Shown here: one piece after another, positions 47,256 through 59,823 of the stretch | Position numbering within the stretch: position 1 is the first letter of the stretch | Layout: every line of letters begins with the position of its first letter | NCBI GenBank assembly: GCA_038496445.1 | Contig: JALMLS010000138.1 | Coordinates: 124,001-188,000, forward strand | DNA: 64,000 nucleotides | Source: Trichosphaerium sp. ATCC 40318 | Taxonomy: Eukaryota > Protista > Tubulinea | Reading direction: 5' to 3' | Program-made: the position numbers and the translations under genes | Notes under the pieces: generated by a model | The model's database searches: none | Told to the model about the DNA's origin: nothing | Seen by the model: only the letters and a program-made list of their open reading frames with translations

Positions 47256-49503
47256 ATGAATACAGCACTCAAAGGATTGATTCTATTTACGCTTTTTACG
47301 TTTGCTTCCACGTGAGTTAATTATTTGTCTTTTTTGGTTTCTGTTGACTGAAACTACCTCTAGGCAGTCCTTTACACCGAATTATTCTCCGGTATTGCGT
47401 CTTGGTGGCACAAACTATATTGCTTCGACTTACTCATACTTTGGCGGTATTGTGCCGGATGACAAGCAAACATTCTCTACAACTGTAGTTGGTACAATAA
47501 TAGGTTTTTTTTTTTTGCTTTTTGGCAAAGCACGTGCAAATCCAGATTTTACGAAAATAGGCAGGTGTTTGTTTTAACTAATTGTCGTTTGTAGAGTTGG
47601 CTTGCGTTAAATGCGACTTCATAAGAAACAATACAATACAAATTAAAGGTAAATATTAATAGAAGTAAATTGTATTCTGAAATCTCATTACTGCGTGTAA
47701 TTCTTATTGCGCTTAGGTAAAGCTGTTTTAGTCGATTTAAGATCTGAGACATGTAATTATCGTTGCGATATTCGCTATGGATTGTATATGAGCAAGACTA
47801 TGAGAGATATGGGAGCGATCGCAGTTATCTTTGTGACTGGTACACTTATATTCTTTACAACTTTTAATTCTAATTTTGGAGTAAGAACGTTTTGATACGA
47901 TAAAAATACAACACCAAATGAGGAACGATATGGTTGTTGCTTTTATTAACAATAAAACTGAAATATACTCCGAGGCATCTAACGTTACTTTCTTGCCTTC
48001 GGACAGTCAATGTACGATATTTAATTCTTTTACCTATCACTTCTTTTTTTGCGTACAAAGAAAACAGCTTTGCGTCGTTTGTCCCTTGGTCAATTATAGC
48101 AATACGACGCTACAATATAACGTCAGTATGTACTAAGGTTTGCCAGTAAAGTTTGCTGTGATATCCTTCATTACAAGAATCATTTTTAACACGCTATTAA
48201 TAACATTTGTGTTAGTTGTCAACCGATATAATGCATTCCTAACTGTACAATTTGCATATGTCGGTTTGTTTTCAACTCTATTTGGTATCTTGGCTATTCT
48301 AGGGTTTTCAGCAACAATTTTACACATGTGGAAGCATGTGATCAAAAGAGTAAAGGATATTGTACGTGTAGGAGACATGTACCTTTTAACCTTAGCACTT
48401 GGTTTTGCAACACTATTTGCACTATGTACGTTTGTACCTACGTATGCGCAATGACTTTCTGACCTACTTGCGTTAGTAAGGTTCTTTATTCATGCTATTG
48501 ACTATGGATCATATCAAGGAATAATACATCAAACTACGCGTGATTTTGTAACTAGTATTGCAGATATTTTTTTGGCATCTGTTTACATTTTTGTGATAAC
48601 ATACTGGTGCGTAAATACTACATCTTTGACCTCAATTGCTTCCCCGTTTAACTCATTTCAAAAGGGGACAGTTGGCTACTTTTTCATCACAATTCTGGAC
48701 ACCAACACATGTGCTCAGAATGGGCATAGTCGGCATTGTTGTATTCTGTACAATCACTATCATTTTATTTATTGTTGGAAGTGTTACAACTATAAGCCGC
48801 TCCACGGCAATAGCTGGATTTCTAAGTATTGTTGCCACTTCAATATTTATCATGTTTGTGGTACGAGCTTTTATAGTTTACGAGCTTATCCAAACTGTTT
48901 GCAACTGTGAAATGCAACTTTTCATCTCATTTTTTTCCCTTCACTCTTTTGTTTATGACTCTTATGGTGTATATTAAGGGTATCGGTTCCTTTATTCTCT
49001 ACAGAGTGAATAAACTTATACAAAAATCAAGTGGTGCCCGAAAACCAAGTGAGTTGTTTCTTAGAGTACGATGATGAACACAACTTTTGTACACTTTTTT
49101 TATCAAATAACTTTTATTTAAGATGAGTGTCTTTATCGCTGTAGAATCGACTATTGGCGCCTTTTATGTTATAAGTGAAGCCCTTCATATATTTGTAAAA
49201 TATGGTACAATGCAAGGATTTGAATTAAAGTACTGGATTTGGGACACATTAGAAGTTTTTCTCATTTTTTTCGTGATATTATTCTTGGGGTACTCTTTAG
49301 TCTCGTTTATCTTTTATTCACGTTTATTCACGTTTTATTCTCTTAGATTCCCAGACCTTGTTTGGTATTATAGACGAAACAAAACCAAGCCATTAGGTCC
49401 TTCAAAGGTAGACCGTCCCAAGTCGAAGTCTTCTTCTGTTTCTGCACAGCCTCGTTATGATAAACTTAACTTGCTAAAATGTTGGGACACTCCCAGTGAA
49501 TAA
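47256..49503 (+). CDS. PA-domain plus 7-TM receptor-like protein, copy 5 (altered, extended C-tail)
   Basis: Colinear exons. Tail ends ..SAQPRYDKLNLLKCWDTPSE* instead of ITDSL*. Confidence 0.72.
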
Positions 49504-49657
49504 AGCTGTATTCTAATAAAGTAGTATCATCACATTAAGAGTTTTAGCCTTACCTAGAGGCACTAATCGAACTACAAGAAGAATTCAGCCTAAAAATACG
49601 TACAACTCCAATGTCCGCACGTGCTCCGCCAAAAAAACTCGGAAAATAAGGGCTGTG

Positions 49658-50608
49658 ATGTCCACAATGCAACCTAAGCTAACAATGTCCTCAAGCGAAT
49701 CTACTGATGATACTTCAAACTTTTTATTGATGCCTCTTGAGCTATTGTTAAAGATTATGATAAATACAGACTTTAAATGTCTTGATTTGGCGTCGTTACA
49801 ACAATCCAATCATTTTCTAAACGACACAATACGAAACAACCAAGAGTACATTTACCGGCATTTATACATCTTAAAATGGGGCTCTGATGGCGAAGAAATA
49901 GAGGCAGCATGCCATAGAAGTATTCAAAGTGATTTGAAGAGACTGACAAGTCATAACTTTCAAATATACTCTTCAGTTACCAAGCAAATAGAAACTAGAA
50001 CTGTTCATACAGAGTTACCTCAAACTTCGTATAATTTGAACGCAGTCACGTGGAAAGAAAAATACAAGAACAAACTTGTTCCAAATATCGTTGCTGAACT
50101 GACATGTGACAAGACATACGTTCATAGAGGACAGACACTTATCTTCAAACTTACGCTTCAAAATATTGGAAGTTTATTCTCAGGTTACCTATCTACTGAA
50201 TATGATAGTATTGAAGACGGTAGTGCTATATATACCTGGAAGTCAAAGGTCAATGGCGGTGTCAAATGTGAGGGAAATATATGTCGTTATTTAACTACTT
50301 TGGATCGAGGACAAAGCACAACATTCGACATACCCATGCTATTCGAAAACTCTGTGCCAATCTATGTCTTTTACGATGTTGGTAATAAAATAGACCCCGA
50401 ACCACTTGATCATTTTTCTCTCCGGGGTAAGTTAGCACAGGTTCGCATTGCTGATGAGAAGACACCAGATGTATTTTCTATTCAACTTTATGCCACAGTT
50501 TTTACTCTCAAAGAACAACATCATATTCACAACTCCAAAGTTTACGGACATTGTTCAGTGATTATTAGTAACACTTTAAATATCACTTTTGATAAGTCGA
50601 GTCTGTAA
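49658..50608 (+). CDS. Intronless F-box protein (family member C)
   Basis: Near-identical F-box and core to member B, with a divergent central segment. Confidence 0.85.
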   Translation: MSTMQPKLTMSSSESTDDTSNFLLMPLELLLKIMINTDFKCLDLASLQQSNHFLNDTIRNNQEYIYRHLYILKWGSDGEEIEAACHRSIQSDLKRLTSHNFQIYSSVTKQIETRTVHTELPQTSYNLNAVTWKEKYKNKLVPNIVAELTCDKTYVHRGQTLIFKLTLQNIGSLFSGYLSTEYDSIEDGSAIYTWKSKVNGGVKCEGNICRYLTTLDRGQSTTFDIPMLFENSVPIYVFYDVGNKIDPEPLDHFSLRGKLAQVRIADEKTPDVFSIQLYATVFTLKEQHHIHNSKVYGHCSVIISNTLNITFDKSSL

Positions 50609-51655
50609 CTGTTACTATTTGAGTTCCTCAAGTTGGGATGAGAACGAGAAGCTTGTCGAAGATCCAGATACCTAGATACGAGAAAGTGTAAGAAGGTCTT
50701 CCATAGTCTATCAATAAACTCCATTTAAACAGCATGAAATTGCTTAGTAATAACTTGGGAAGTACGAATTTGTTTTTAAGTTGCAGTGTTAAAAGGGAGA
50801 AAACATTCATTATTAATAACGTGAGGCTTTGAGAATTTTCTTTCCCAATAACGTGTTTATTTTATAACTATGGTTGGTGTAATTTCAGGATTTTCAAATG
50901 TCGTTTTTTACATACGTCTGATTATGAAGAATTCTAGCGCATTAATCTTCAGTGTTGTTCTTGCAAGTCTGCTTTTGGAGGAGGCTTTATACTATTGTAC
51001 AATAAAAAATCTCAAAAGTGCTATAAAACAGTTGCACGTGTTTTAATAGGTACCCATCACCTACTTCAAATTGCCATTAAAGGTAAATTAAAGAACAAGA
51101 GTCTGCGCAGCTACAAGTTGTAGCAATGCAACGAGAAAACACAAAGAAATGACTCCTCATTCTTAAGTTCTTTTTCATTAAGTTTGCCGTTTACTCAACT
51201 TCCAAAATAGGTAAAAAGCAACATCTAGAGCAAAAAATCATTGGGAATGTAGTTTCACGTAAGGTACGTTGTGTAAAAAGAACAAGCAATCACCTGTGTA
51301 TTATTTTTCAAGCATAATGAACTTGTAGGTCGATTGAACTTTGCGCTGTAGGATTACGATGGCTCAAGTTGATGGCGTTCTAGGTTTTCTCATTACCAGT
51401 TATTTACATTCTCGCCTTATAAATTTCACATGGCCAAGAAGCCTTCACGTTGAGAAAATGATTGACGAATAGTGGCAACAAAAAGTACCAAAAGAAGCAC
51501 TGGTAGTGTACAAACACTAATAATGTAGTATTCAATAGTAACGGCCTGTTAGTATTTGAAAGGCAATCACTGCCACAATTAACGCCAGGCTGACGTTGCC
51601 TATTCTCTGAAAACCTAACTTAGTTTCAAATCTTACACTCCGTTAACCGTACACA

Positions 51656-52821
51656 ATGGGCAATGTATTCGCGAGACTGTTCGGTACTGACACGGAGGAG
51701 AAAACAATATATATGCAAGGATTAGACTTCGCTGGAAAGGTACAGAACTCAAAACAAGTGTAGAGTGTTTGATACTAACTTGGTACTAGACAACGCTGCT
51801 GTACAAGCTTAAAGTACGCTCTGACCATTGTAAATCTGTTATTCTTTTACTTTGACTCTAAATCCTTTTGTCTTAGCTCGGAGAAGTTGTAACTACAATA
51901 CCAACAATAGGATTCAGCTGCGAAGAAGTAAAGTACAAAAATATCATCTTCCGAACGTGGGATATAGGTACGATACAGTTTTTTTTCTTAAGTACCTGTT
52001 TTTGACATGTGCTGATTTTTTTTTTGTAGGTGGTAGAGACAAAGCACGTGGGGTTTTTTAGCATTCTAAGAACTTTATCTTGCAGGAAAAATCAATTTGT
52101 TTTAATCGATAAGGGGGTAAACCTACCCAAATCTTTGTTTTTCGTTCAAAAAAATCATCTGACTTAGACTTCTAGATTAGACCTTTATGGCGCCATTACT
52201 ACCAAACGGGTACTTAACGATATAAGGTAATATCGCATTAGTTCTGAGTTTTTATCACTAGGTGTTTCCGGTCTGATATATGTTTGCGATTCTAATGATA
52301 AGGAAAGATTCGCTGACTTAGAATATGAGATAAAAAGTAATCACATGTATTTTGACGACGATTACAAAGACGTTCCAGTGCTTGTATTCGCAAACAAGCA
52401 AGGTAAACCCGCACAATAATATTGCGTTTAAAGTAATAACTTGTATATGATAGACTTACCAAACGCACGCAGCGGTGATGAAGTAAGTAGTCAGTTTCTT
52501 TTTTTTTTTTGTCAACAATTACAAACACGTGTTCATATTTGTGAGCTTAAACTTATTAACCTATGCTATCCATGAATTTGTATTTGTTTTCTTGTATGTT
52601 GGTCACGTGACTAAAGGTATTTTAAAGATCGGGAAGGCTTTGAATCTTTCAACTCATGTTAAAGGTAAATGGTTTGTACAAGAGTGTTGTGCTACTACAG
52701 GAGACGGAATTTATGAGGTACTCATTATCTTCGGTCATCATTAACTTATTTTAAGGGCCTGGATTGGTTGAGTAATCAAATGAATAGCAACCCCAGCAAT
52801 AATAAACCTCAACACTCGTAG
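51656..52821 (+). CDS. Divergent ADP-ribosylation factor (Arf-family) GTPase, multi-exon
   Basis: [79 protein letters not shown]. Confidence 0.9.
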
Positions 52822-53352
52822 ACATGGCAAACAACATCTCAAAGGTTACAATACAAAACTCATTATGAACCCTTTGCTATTCCTTTTACTCAGACTATTT
52901 CGAATAAGCTATCATGACATGTGATACATAGTATACTCTATGGCCTGCGAGGAGTTTTTGTCTGATCACTACAAGCAACGCCGACTAGCGCTGTTTAAAT
53001 AAAATAACTTGTTGACGTATGGGCGTATTCTAGCGTAGTAGAACAGTATCTAACCTTGTTCGTACTACAATTCCATGTTTCAGACACCTGCAAGTAACCT
53101 CCAGCACAATATAAGGATGGAGAAGGCTTGGTTGATAATGACGAAATTGGGAATCCAACTTAACAGAATGAGGAGCTTAATAGTTTAATGTTTATTCTAA
53201 TAAGATTGGCTATCAAGAGATTTTTGTAGACCTTAGCACATGATCTATCATCTGCCTTCAAGATCCCTACAAAATTGACGCCAATGTACAGGTTTAGTAA
53301 CCTGTTAGAAGTTGGCCCTCTGACACATTCTCAGAACGGCGATGCTAAAGAT

Positions 53353-54143
53353 TTATTGCAAATTTGCAAAGTAGTGCCCATACCAAATACGCCTCAGTAC
53401 TTCGCAAAGGCCTGGTAATGTTAGGTAAGTTAATAGAGGGATACCTATTATACAACCAGGAATAGCGATTTTGAGGAAGTCCCAACGTTGCTTTGTAACA
53501 ATTTCTAAACAACTGTAAATAACAATAGACTCTTTTTGTTGGAGGTTTTTGGACCTTGTAGTTCTTTGCAATTCCAGGGTTTCTTACAAAGTCTACCATA
53601 GATACATCCATACTTAGTCTTGTCATAACATATTTCATGCCCTCGGGCTAGATTGATAGTAAGAGCGAAATGATTTGAAAGAAAATTGATTGATTGTGGT
53701 GTTTTGTTGAAAGGTGTAAGTACTTACATCCACATACAATCTGATCTTTTCTACAAACTATACCACTACAGAAATGTGTTTTACGAGAATAGCATCGGGC
53801 GTATCTATCGGCTAAACAACTTATTAGAACTGAAAGATAGTGGAAATGTTCACTAAGCATACACCAACACAAAGCCTCTGTTGTTTTGCAACCAGAGAAT
53901 CCACGGTAGCATCTACGTTTTTTGGGATCATAACATTTATCTTCTCCTGGGAAATACCGTGCTGTAATGTAATGTGAGTGAAACGTGTTACTTGGAACGT
54001 TAAAAAAAGAACAACGTTTAGAATGATTAACACGTACTTGCATGGCATTTTATAAGCCCATCAGCGCACTCAGGTGTCGGAACAGATGCTGTTATACATG
54101 AAAGCAATGATAGTATAACCAATAGAGAGTAGTTGCTCAGCAT
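53353..54143 (-). CDS. Cys-repeat (CYDP....C..G..C) surface protein with signal peptide and C-terminal hydrophobic segment
   Basis: MLSNYSLLVILSLLSCITA..KCYDPKKRRCYRG..ICYDKTKYGCIYGRLC..FLKIAIPGCIIGLCEVLRR. Confidence 0.65.
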
Positions 54144-54439
54144 TACGGGTACTTGATATTATGAAATATCAACAATCAATCACAGCTTTTTCACTTGGAG
54201 GTGCCGTATCACGGATTGATGACTGATATCTCTTGAGTGTGTCCTCACACTGGTTGTACGTTGTTAATAATAAAACTTTGCCAGACACAACCTTGCTCCG
54301 GTGGCAATCTACCACACTCATCTTTCTTCATTCACAATGCATCAATCTCACGTGGGTATTCTATACATATTTCAGGTAGCTTTTTCTGGCTTAATGATTT
54401 TGTCAGCTTTGTTCCAGGCTCAAATTACGTCTATTACTG

Positions 54440-57400
54440 ATGGCGAATGACACAGAAAGAGAGCGCTTTGCACGTTACGCCATGATAGATTTTAAAAGCC
54501 TTAAAGGCTTTTTCAAGAGGGAAACGCTTCAAATAATAAACCTACACAGAGAAGCGCCGCTGGAGGCGTTAATTATGTACAAATACTACAGACCAGCGCT
54601 ACGGTTCATTCATAATTACTATTCAAAGGGTTTTTCAAGTGTAATTGATATAAGTACGTATTAGCGCGTTTATAGCTTTAAATCTAATGTAGTTAACATT
54701 TAAGTGCCTGTACTGCAGATTATGGTTCCCCAGCGGAAAGTCAAGGTCAAAAAAAAAATTAGAATCGTTGAATGTCTTTTACGACAGATGTATAAGGCGA
54801 AATTGCTTTCAACTGAAATAGCGAATAGTGTTATAGAATACGCTTGTAAATCAGGAAAGATGTGGTTTATGAGGTACCTAAACGAACACGTGGAAGTAAC
54901 GTGATCATAAAGCCAAAGTCACGTGTTTTTTGGGTCGAAAAAAATTCTAATTTAGCCATGCATCTTTGTGATACTTTTCAGTTGTACTCACATGTGTCAA
55001 TATATGTCGCGTATATTCTGTTAATGCCATTTAGTACCGTTCTTGGAATTTTCGAGTCGTTCAGGCGAATGTATGGCGTTGCCTTTACTTTTTCAGGTGG
55101 GACTTAGTTTTTTTTCACAAGTCAATGTATGTTAATAGTTCTACTCACGTACTAAACTAGTCACTAAAGAAGCAACCATAGCTTTCTTCGCTTACCCTCA
55201 TCCCCACAAATTCAGAATAAAAGATTCTATAGATACCCGCATATTAGAAGAGCATAAGAAAGAAGGGTTTATTGCTTTTGCAAAGGCTTTTAAAGAAAGT
55301 CCATTCAAGTTGACAAAGGTATGCCTTTTTCTTTCTTACCTTACTGGATCACGTGCTTTCTGATCTTAATTCTTATACTTATGCCTTACTCAAGCCCCTT
55401 TCTGTTACTGCCCATGCCAGCTGTGTAGATAACGAGTGCATTGAAGGTTTCTTTTCAATTTTGAACATACCAAGAACAGAAATGAAGCAACGTACAAGTT
55501 ATAAAAGTTTGGTTTGTTCTCTTGGAAGCGCTCTTGTTGAGCGCTTTAGAATCCCTAAATGTTCTCATATAATAGATGGACTTCGAAACGAACTAAGAAA
55601 TGAAAAACCTTTGGTGTGGGCTCTTAAAATGAACAACCCAAATGTTGTTAACTTTTTACTTTGCTGTGGTGAAAACGCTAAAGATATTCCAATGGTGCTC
55701 CTTGTAGAAACATTAGAGCGCTATAAAACCATGAAGGAGATTGTACCTTATCTGCCTTTGATATTTTCAATGGAAAAGAAAGCACAAATACATCTTAGAC
55801 GCTCATTAAACTTACCAAATCTCCGAGGCTTACTGAAGGGTATTAAAAATACAAAAAAGATTGTTTACTTTTAATGACTGTTCTCTTCTCTTAGGTTATT
55901 ATTTGATGATTGATTCTATTCCTACAAATAATAAACTTTCTGGGAGTACATCAATTACGACAGGTATTGGATTCTTGATTTCATTTGCACTTATGTGTCT
56001 GACTTGTATTTCAGAGAACCAAAAAGACTACTTGACTCAAGATGTTCCCATCGAGATTCTTAGCGCAATTACAGACTACCTGGAATGTACACCATGGTTT
56101 TCGCTTGGTATGACATGCAAAGGACTTCTATGGCTTCTGAAAGATGCCGGTAGACTTGTTCCTAAACTCAACATCTTAAAACCTCCAGATTCAGAAACTC
56201 GCGATTCTTTAACAATTTTGAAGCGGGAGATGATTGCACTTAGGAACATGTCTAAACTCCAAGTTGAATTAAAGACCTTTGCTACTTACATGAAGTTTGA
56301 TTCAGGCACGTGCTACATATTCCTCATCAGCATCAACAAATAGAGCCTCGGTGGGCTTCAAACAACACCGAATCTGTTTTGGATTTCTTTCTTCTGCAGT
56401 TTGCGCCTTTGTTTTTGATGCTCATAACTTTTTTTTAGCTAGTGATGGGTATTGGAAACTGTCAGGAGATGGCAAACATATATGCTATGATGTTATGAGA
56501 GAAAAGATCTATACAAGTTGGCCTTACATGATCAATCGTAGCTACAAAAGTTCGCCAATTTCATTCGAGTTTAGTCACTATCCAACACTCACGTTCAACC
56601 GTTTTGATGTTAGTGTCGTATTTGATTACAAGATATCTACAGAACATAGTATTAGTTACAAGGATAATCAAGATGATATCCTCATCTGTGGCGTTAATAT
56701 ACCTAAAACAACATCTGAAGTAGCTTTGCTTGATATCCATACTGGAACATGTCTTCATAGCTATGTTCTAGAAGATCTCGTTTGTTCTGCTCCTACATAT
56801 GATAGAAACATTATCATTGCACCTTGCCTTAAATTAGGTATTTTTGTAATTGATAAGCGTTCAAAGGAAGAGAAGACGATTCTATGGAATGCCGATAGTA
56901 GATTTCACTTTGCAAAAAATTCTACCACACTCTGTGACGACATGATCATTGTTCATGGTACTTCAACACCAGCTATATACTTTGACTTGAGGAATACAAA
57001 ATATCCACTGCACTGTGTATCAGACAAATGTGTTGTGGATACGTATAATGGAAAGTATTGGAAGTTGCACAGTACGTATTATAAGAAGTGGAGTTTTAGG
57101 TTGTTCTTTGTTTTTTTTGCGTTACAATGAAGGTTTGAGTTTTACCTCAGTATGCTGAAACCGTAGAAATATCAATTAACACTTTTTGTCTCTTTTTACA
57201 ATATTTACTGTTGTTTAAAACCATTGCGAGTGACGGGATTATTTGTAGCCTAAGTCAAGCTGTATTTTTCTTATGTGGGTTCTGTTGCTGATTGTATTTT
57301 TTTTTAGATGTTGGGTTCTCCCAATGTTTTGATATAAGGAGAAGATCATGGCGCAGTATATTTAGAAGTGATATAAAAGCAGTTCATGCAAATGTTGTAT

Positions 57401-57471
57401 GTACAACAAACTCTGTCTTTGATTTTAATTCCAACAACACGCAACTCATGCCTTTTGGAGCACATTTTTAG
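54440..57471 (+). CDS. Large multi-exon protein: degenerate ankyrin-like region, internal F-box, beta-propeller-like C-terminus
   Basis: PLVWALKMNNPNVVNFLLCCG (ankyrin-like); DVPIEILSAITDYLE..FSLGMTCKGL (F-box); ALLDIHTGTCLH, FVIDKRS, YFDLRN (WD-like). GC-AG intron at 56306-56438. The 5' exon joins are less certain. Confidence 0.6.
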
Positions 57472-57977
57472 GCGCTGTATCCAGCTACACATTTGTTAAT
57501 GGTTAGTTATCCACCATAAACTAAAGCTGTTGCACAAAGAAACGAATTTATTCACAATAAACTTAACAATGACAAAGCTAGCTTTAGCTCGGTGTATGTG
57601 GTAAGAGTTAGTTGATGCTTGTTGAAGCTAAACATATCTAGCATCTGTAATTTCTCCTACTATGACACCTGTTAAGGTAGTCACAAGCAATGAGTTTTTT
57701 TGATTTGCAAAGTCACGTTTTCTTGTGAGTAGTCTAGAAGTTCATAAAATTCACAGCACCAATAAATGTCATAACTAAACAGCAATGTATTGTATCAACT
57801 TTCAGAGTACTGTCTTTTGCGGAATACAAACGAATTCACAGCTTTTTGTATTTACATTCGAGAGCATATTATCTTTGCTGGGAAACCAGGAAAGCCGATA
57901 ACAATTGAAAATCCATTTGCGTTTATTGATTGTTTGGTTTATATTACTGTCACTTATGTGCAGTGACAATCTGTGGG

Positions 57978-58604
57978 CTACAATTGGCTGTATATCGGTT
58001 GGTACGTTTGAACATTTGGTTTTTGCATTGAAATGTATACAACATAAGCAACTGTAATGGTGATAGTTGTTGCAATAATTATGCTCATTGTTAAGAATAA
58101 GGCATTTACAATTGGTGTTACTTTGTCGCTGAGATGCACACTTGGTGTTACTGGTGATTCAGTTGCAACCCTCATTGATGAAGCATTTGGTTTATTGTAT
58201 GAAGCTATAGTAGGGCGAGAAGTTGCTGTGGTATGTAGGTTAGACAAAAGTAAGCATAAACTCCGTACCAGTACAGTGATTGAATGCATTATCACACTTC
58301 GATGAATTGCAAGTTTGAGTAATTGTATCATAACATTTACTCTTTTTTGGATCTTTATGGTTCTTACAAACCTTGGAACTGTTTCCAGTACATATCTTAC
58401 CTTGCTCACAGGTTCCATTGAGAGGGTTGAAGCAACCGCCACTACCAAATAAACCTAAAGAATGTGAGTGATTTGCAGTGAATTCTAACCTGATGTTGTA
58501 CTAGGTGGACAGTGCTCCTCGTTTTTGGTACAGTTAGATCTGGCGATACCCAAGGCTAATGATGACGCGATAAGAAGAGATATGAGAGTTTTAAGCTGTT
58601 GCAT
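57978..58604 (-). CDS. Type I membrane Cys-repeat protein with Ser/Thr stalk
   Basis: Signal MQQLKTLISLLIASSLALG; GGCFNPLNGTCEQGKIC, KCYDTITQTC; TM helix; tail YQPIYSQL*. Confidence 0.75.
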
Positions 58605-58825
58605 TGTTGTTGATGATTTGGAAGTATGATGTTAAGTTGTGATCAAACGTTAAGTATCTTTGTTTCAATCACTTTCCATTCAGCGTTCATCTTGTTGAAA
58701 ATTTGCGTTTATCCCATTGCAAACGCTTCAAGTTTTGAGGTGGTTCCTTTGATTTTGTACATTAATCTGTTGGTTATCAATCAAGTTAAAGCTTCTTCTC
58801 AATCGCATTCTGACAACTTCTTTAC

Positions 58826-59516
58826 ATGGCTCACATCTCTTTACAGCTTTTACTATTTTAGCTTTTGTTAATAGCATCTATGGAACCGCATTCCCGTCAT
58901 CCCCACACCTAGATAAACGTAAGGCAATTACAGAGTTGCATATCGGTTTACAACTTCGAATAGAAACATACTCCTTACCTGATGCGCCAATCATGTGTTT
59001 GGACGGCCGAGAGTTATGTAAAAGTACGTGTCTAGACACTCCGTAGTATATTTAGTCACTTTAGAGGATCACAATGGAGGACCAAAATGTTTTGATAGTA
59101 AATCTCAAAGCTGTTTTGGGGGAGCTGTGTGATATTGGACTTGAATATTGTTCATGTACGTAAACAGTTTGATACCATATCTTAATAAATCTATACAGCA
59201 CCAAAAGGTCCGCTTGGACAGTGTTTCAACCACACAACGCATTTGTGCAAAGAAAACAAAGCGTGCGCCATTGGTAGTGATTGCTACAAAGGTAGGTATA
59301 TTACTTATTTGATGGCATGTTAACTGTACTATCACAGTTTCACAGATATCCCAACATGATGTGGGCAATCAAGAATCGTACATGGCCCACGCGAAGATTA
59401 ACTTTACTTTGTTTTGTATTGCTGTCGTTGTATCTGGATTGGTTGTAGTACTTGACAAGACATTTGCTGAAAAGAAAAATAAGATGATTGTCAATAAAAA
59501 AAATTTCACTGCTTAA
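58826..59516 (+). pseudogene. Cys-repeat type I membrane protein with two 1-nt frameshifts (pseudogene or assembly error)
   Basis: LFTAFTILAFVNSIYG signal; KCFDSKSQSCFG/ELCD (shift in the G-run near 59118); QCFNHTTHLCKE; TM FTLFCIAVVVSGLVVVL. Confidence 0.55.
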
Positions 59517-59823
59517 TTTGTTTAGTAAACGCACAATATTTATCTCTTTGAAGTGCGGAATAAACTACAATTATTGATCACAGCAGTGAATACTCATACT
59601 TACCAGTTTAGAAATAAAGATCATGGTTCAGAGGTTGTTTCTTTGTGACTGCAGATACGGAACAAATGATTGCAATGTTAAATTGAGGTTGTAAAAAAAT
59701 CACGAAAGTACAATTGTATACAAACAAACACCGCAACAACTCAAGATGAATACTATGTATGATTTATTAATCACGGCTTCTTGCTGTTAAAAATACCTGA
59801 ATCTGAGTCATCGTTGTCCACAT

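Noticed and set aside
50924-51090. Possible secreted peptide gene starting MKNSSALIFSVVLASLLL
   Set aside because: Signal-like first exon only, with no coherent downstream exons.
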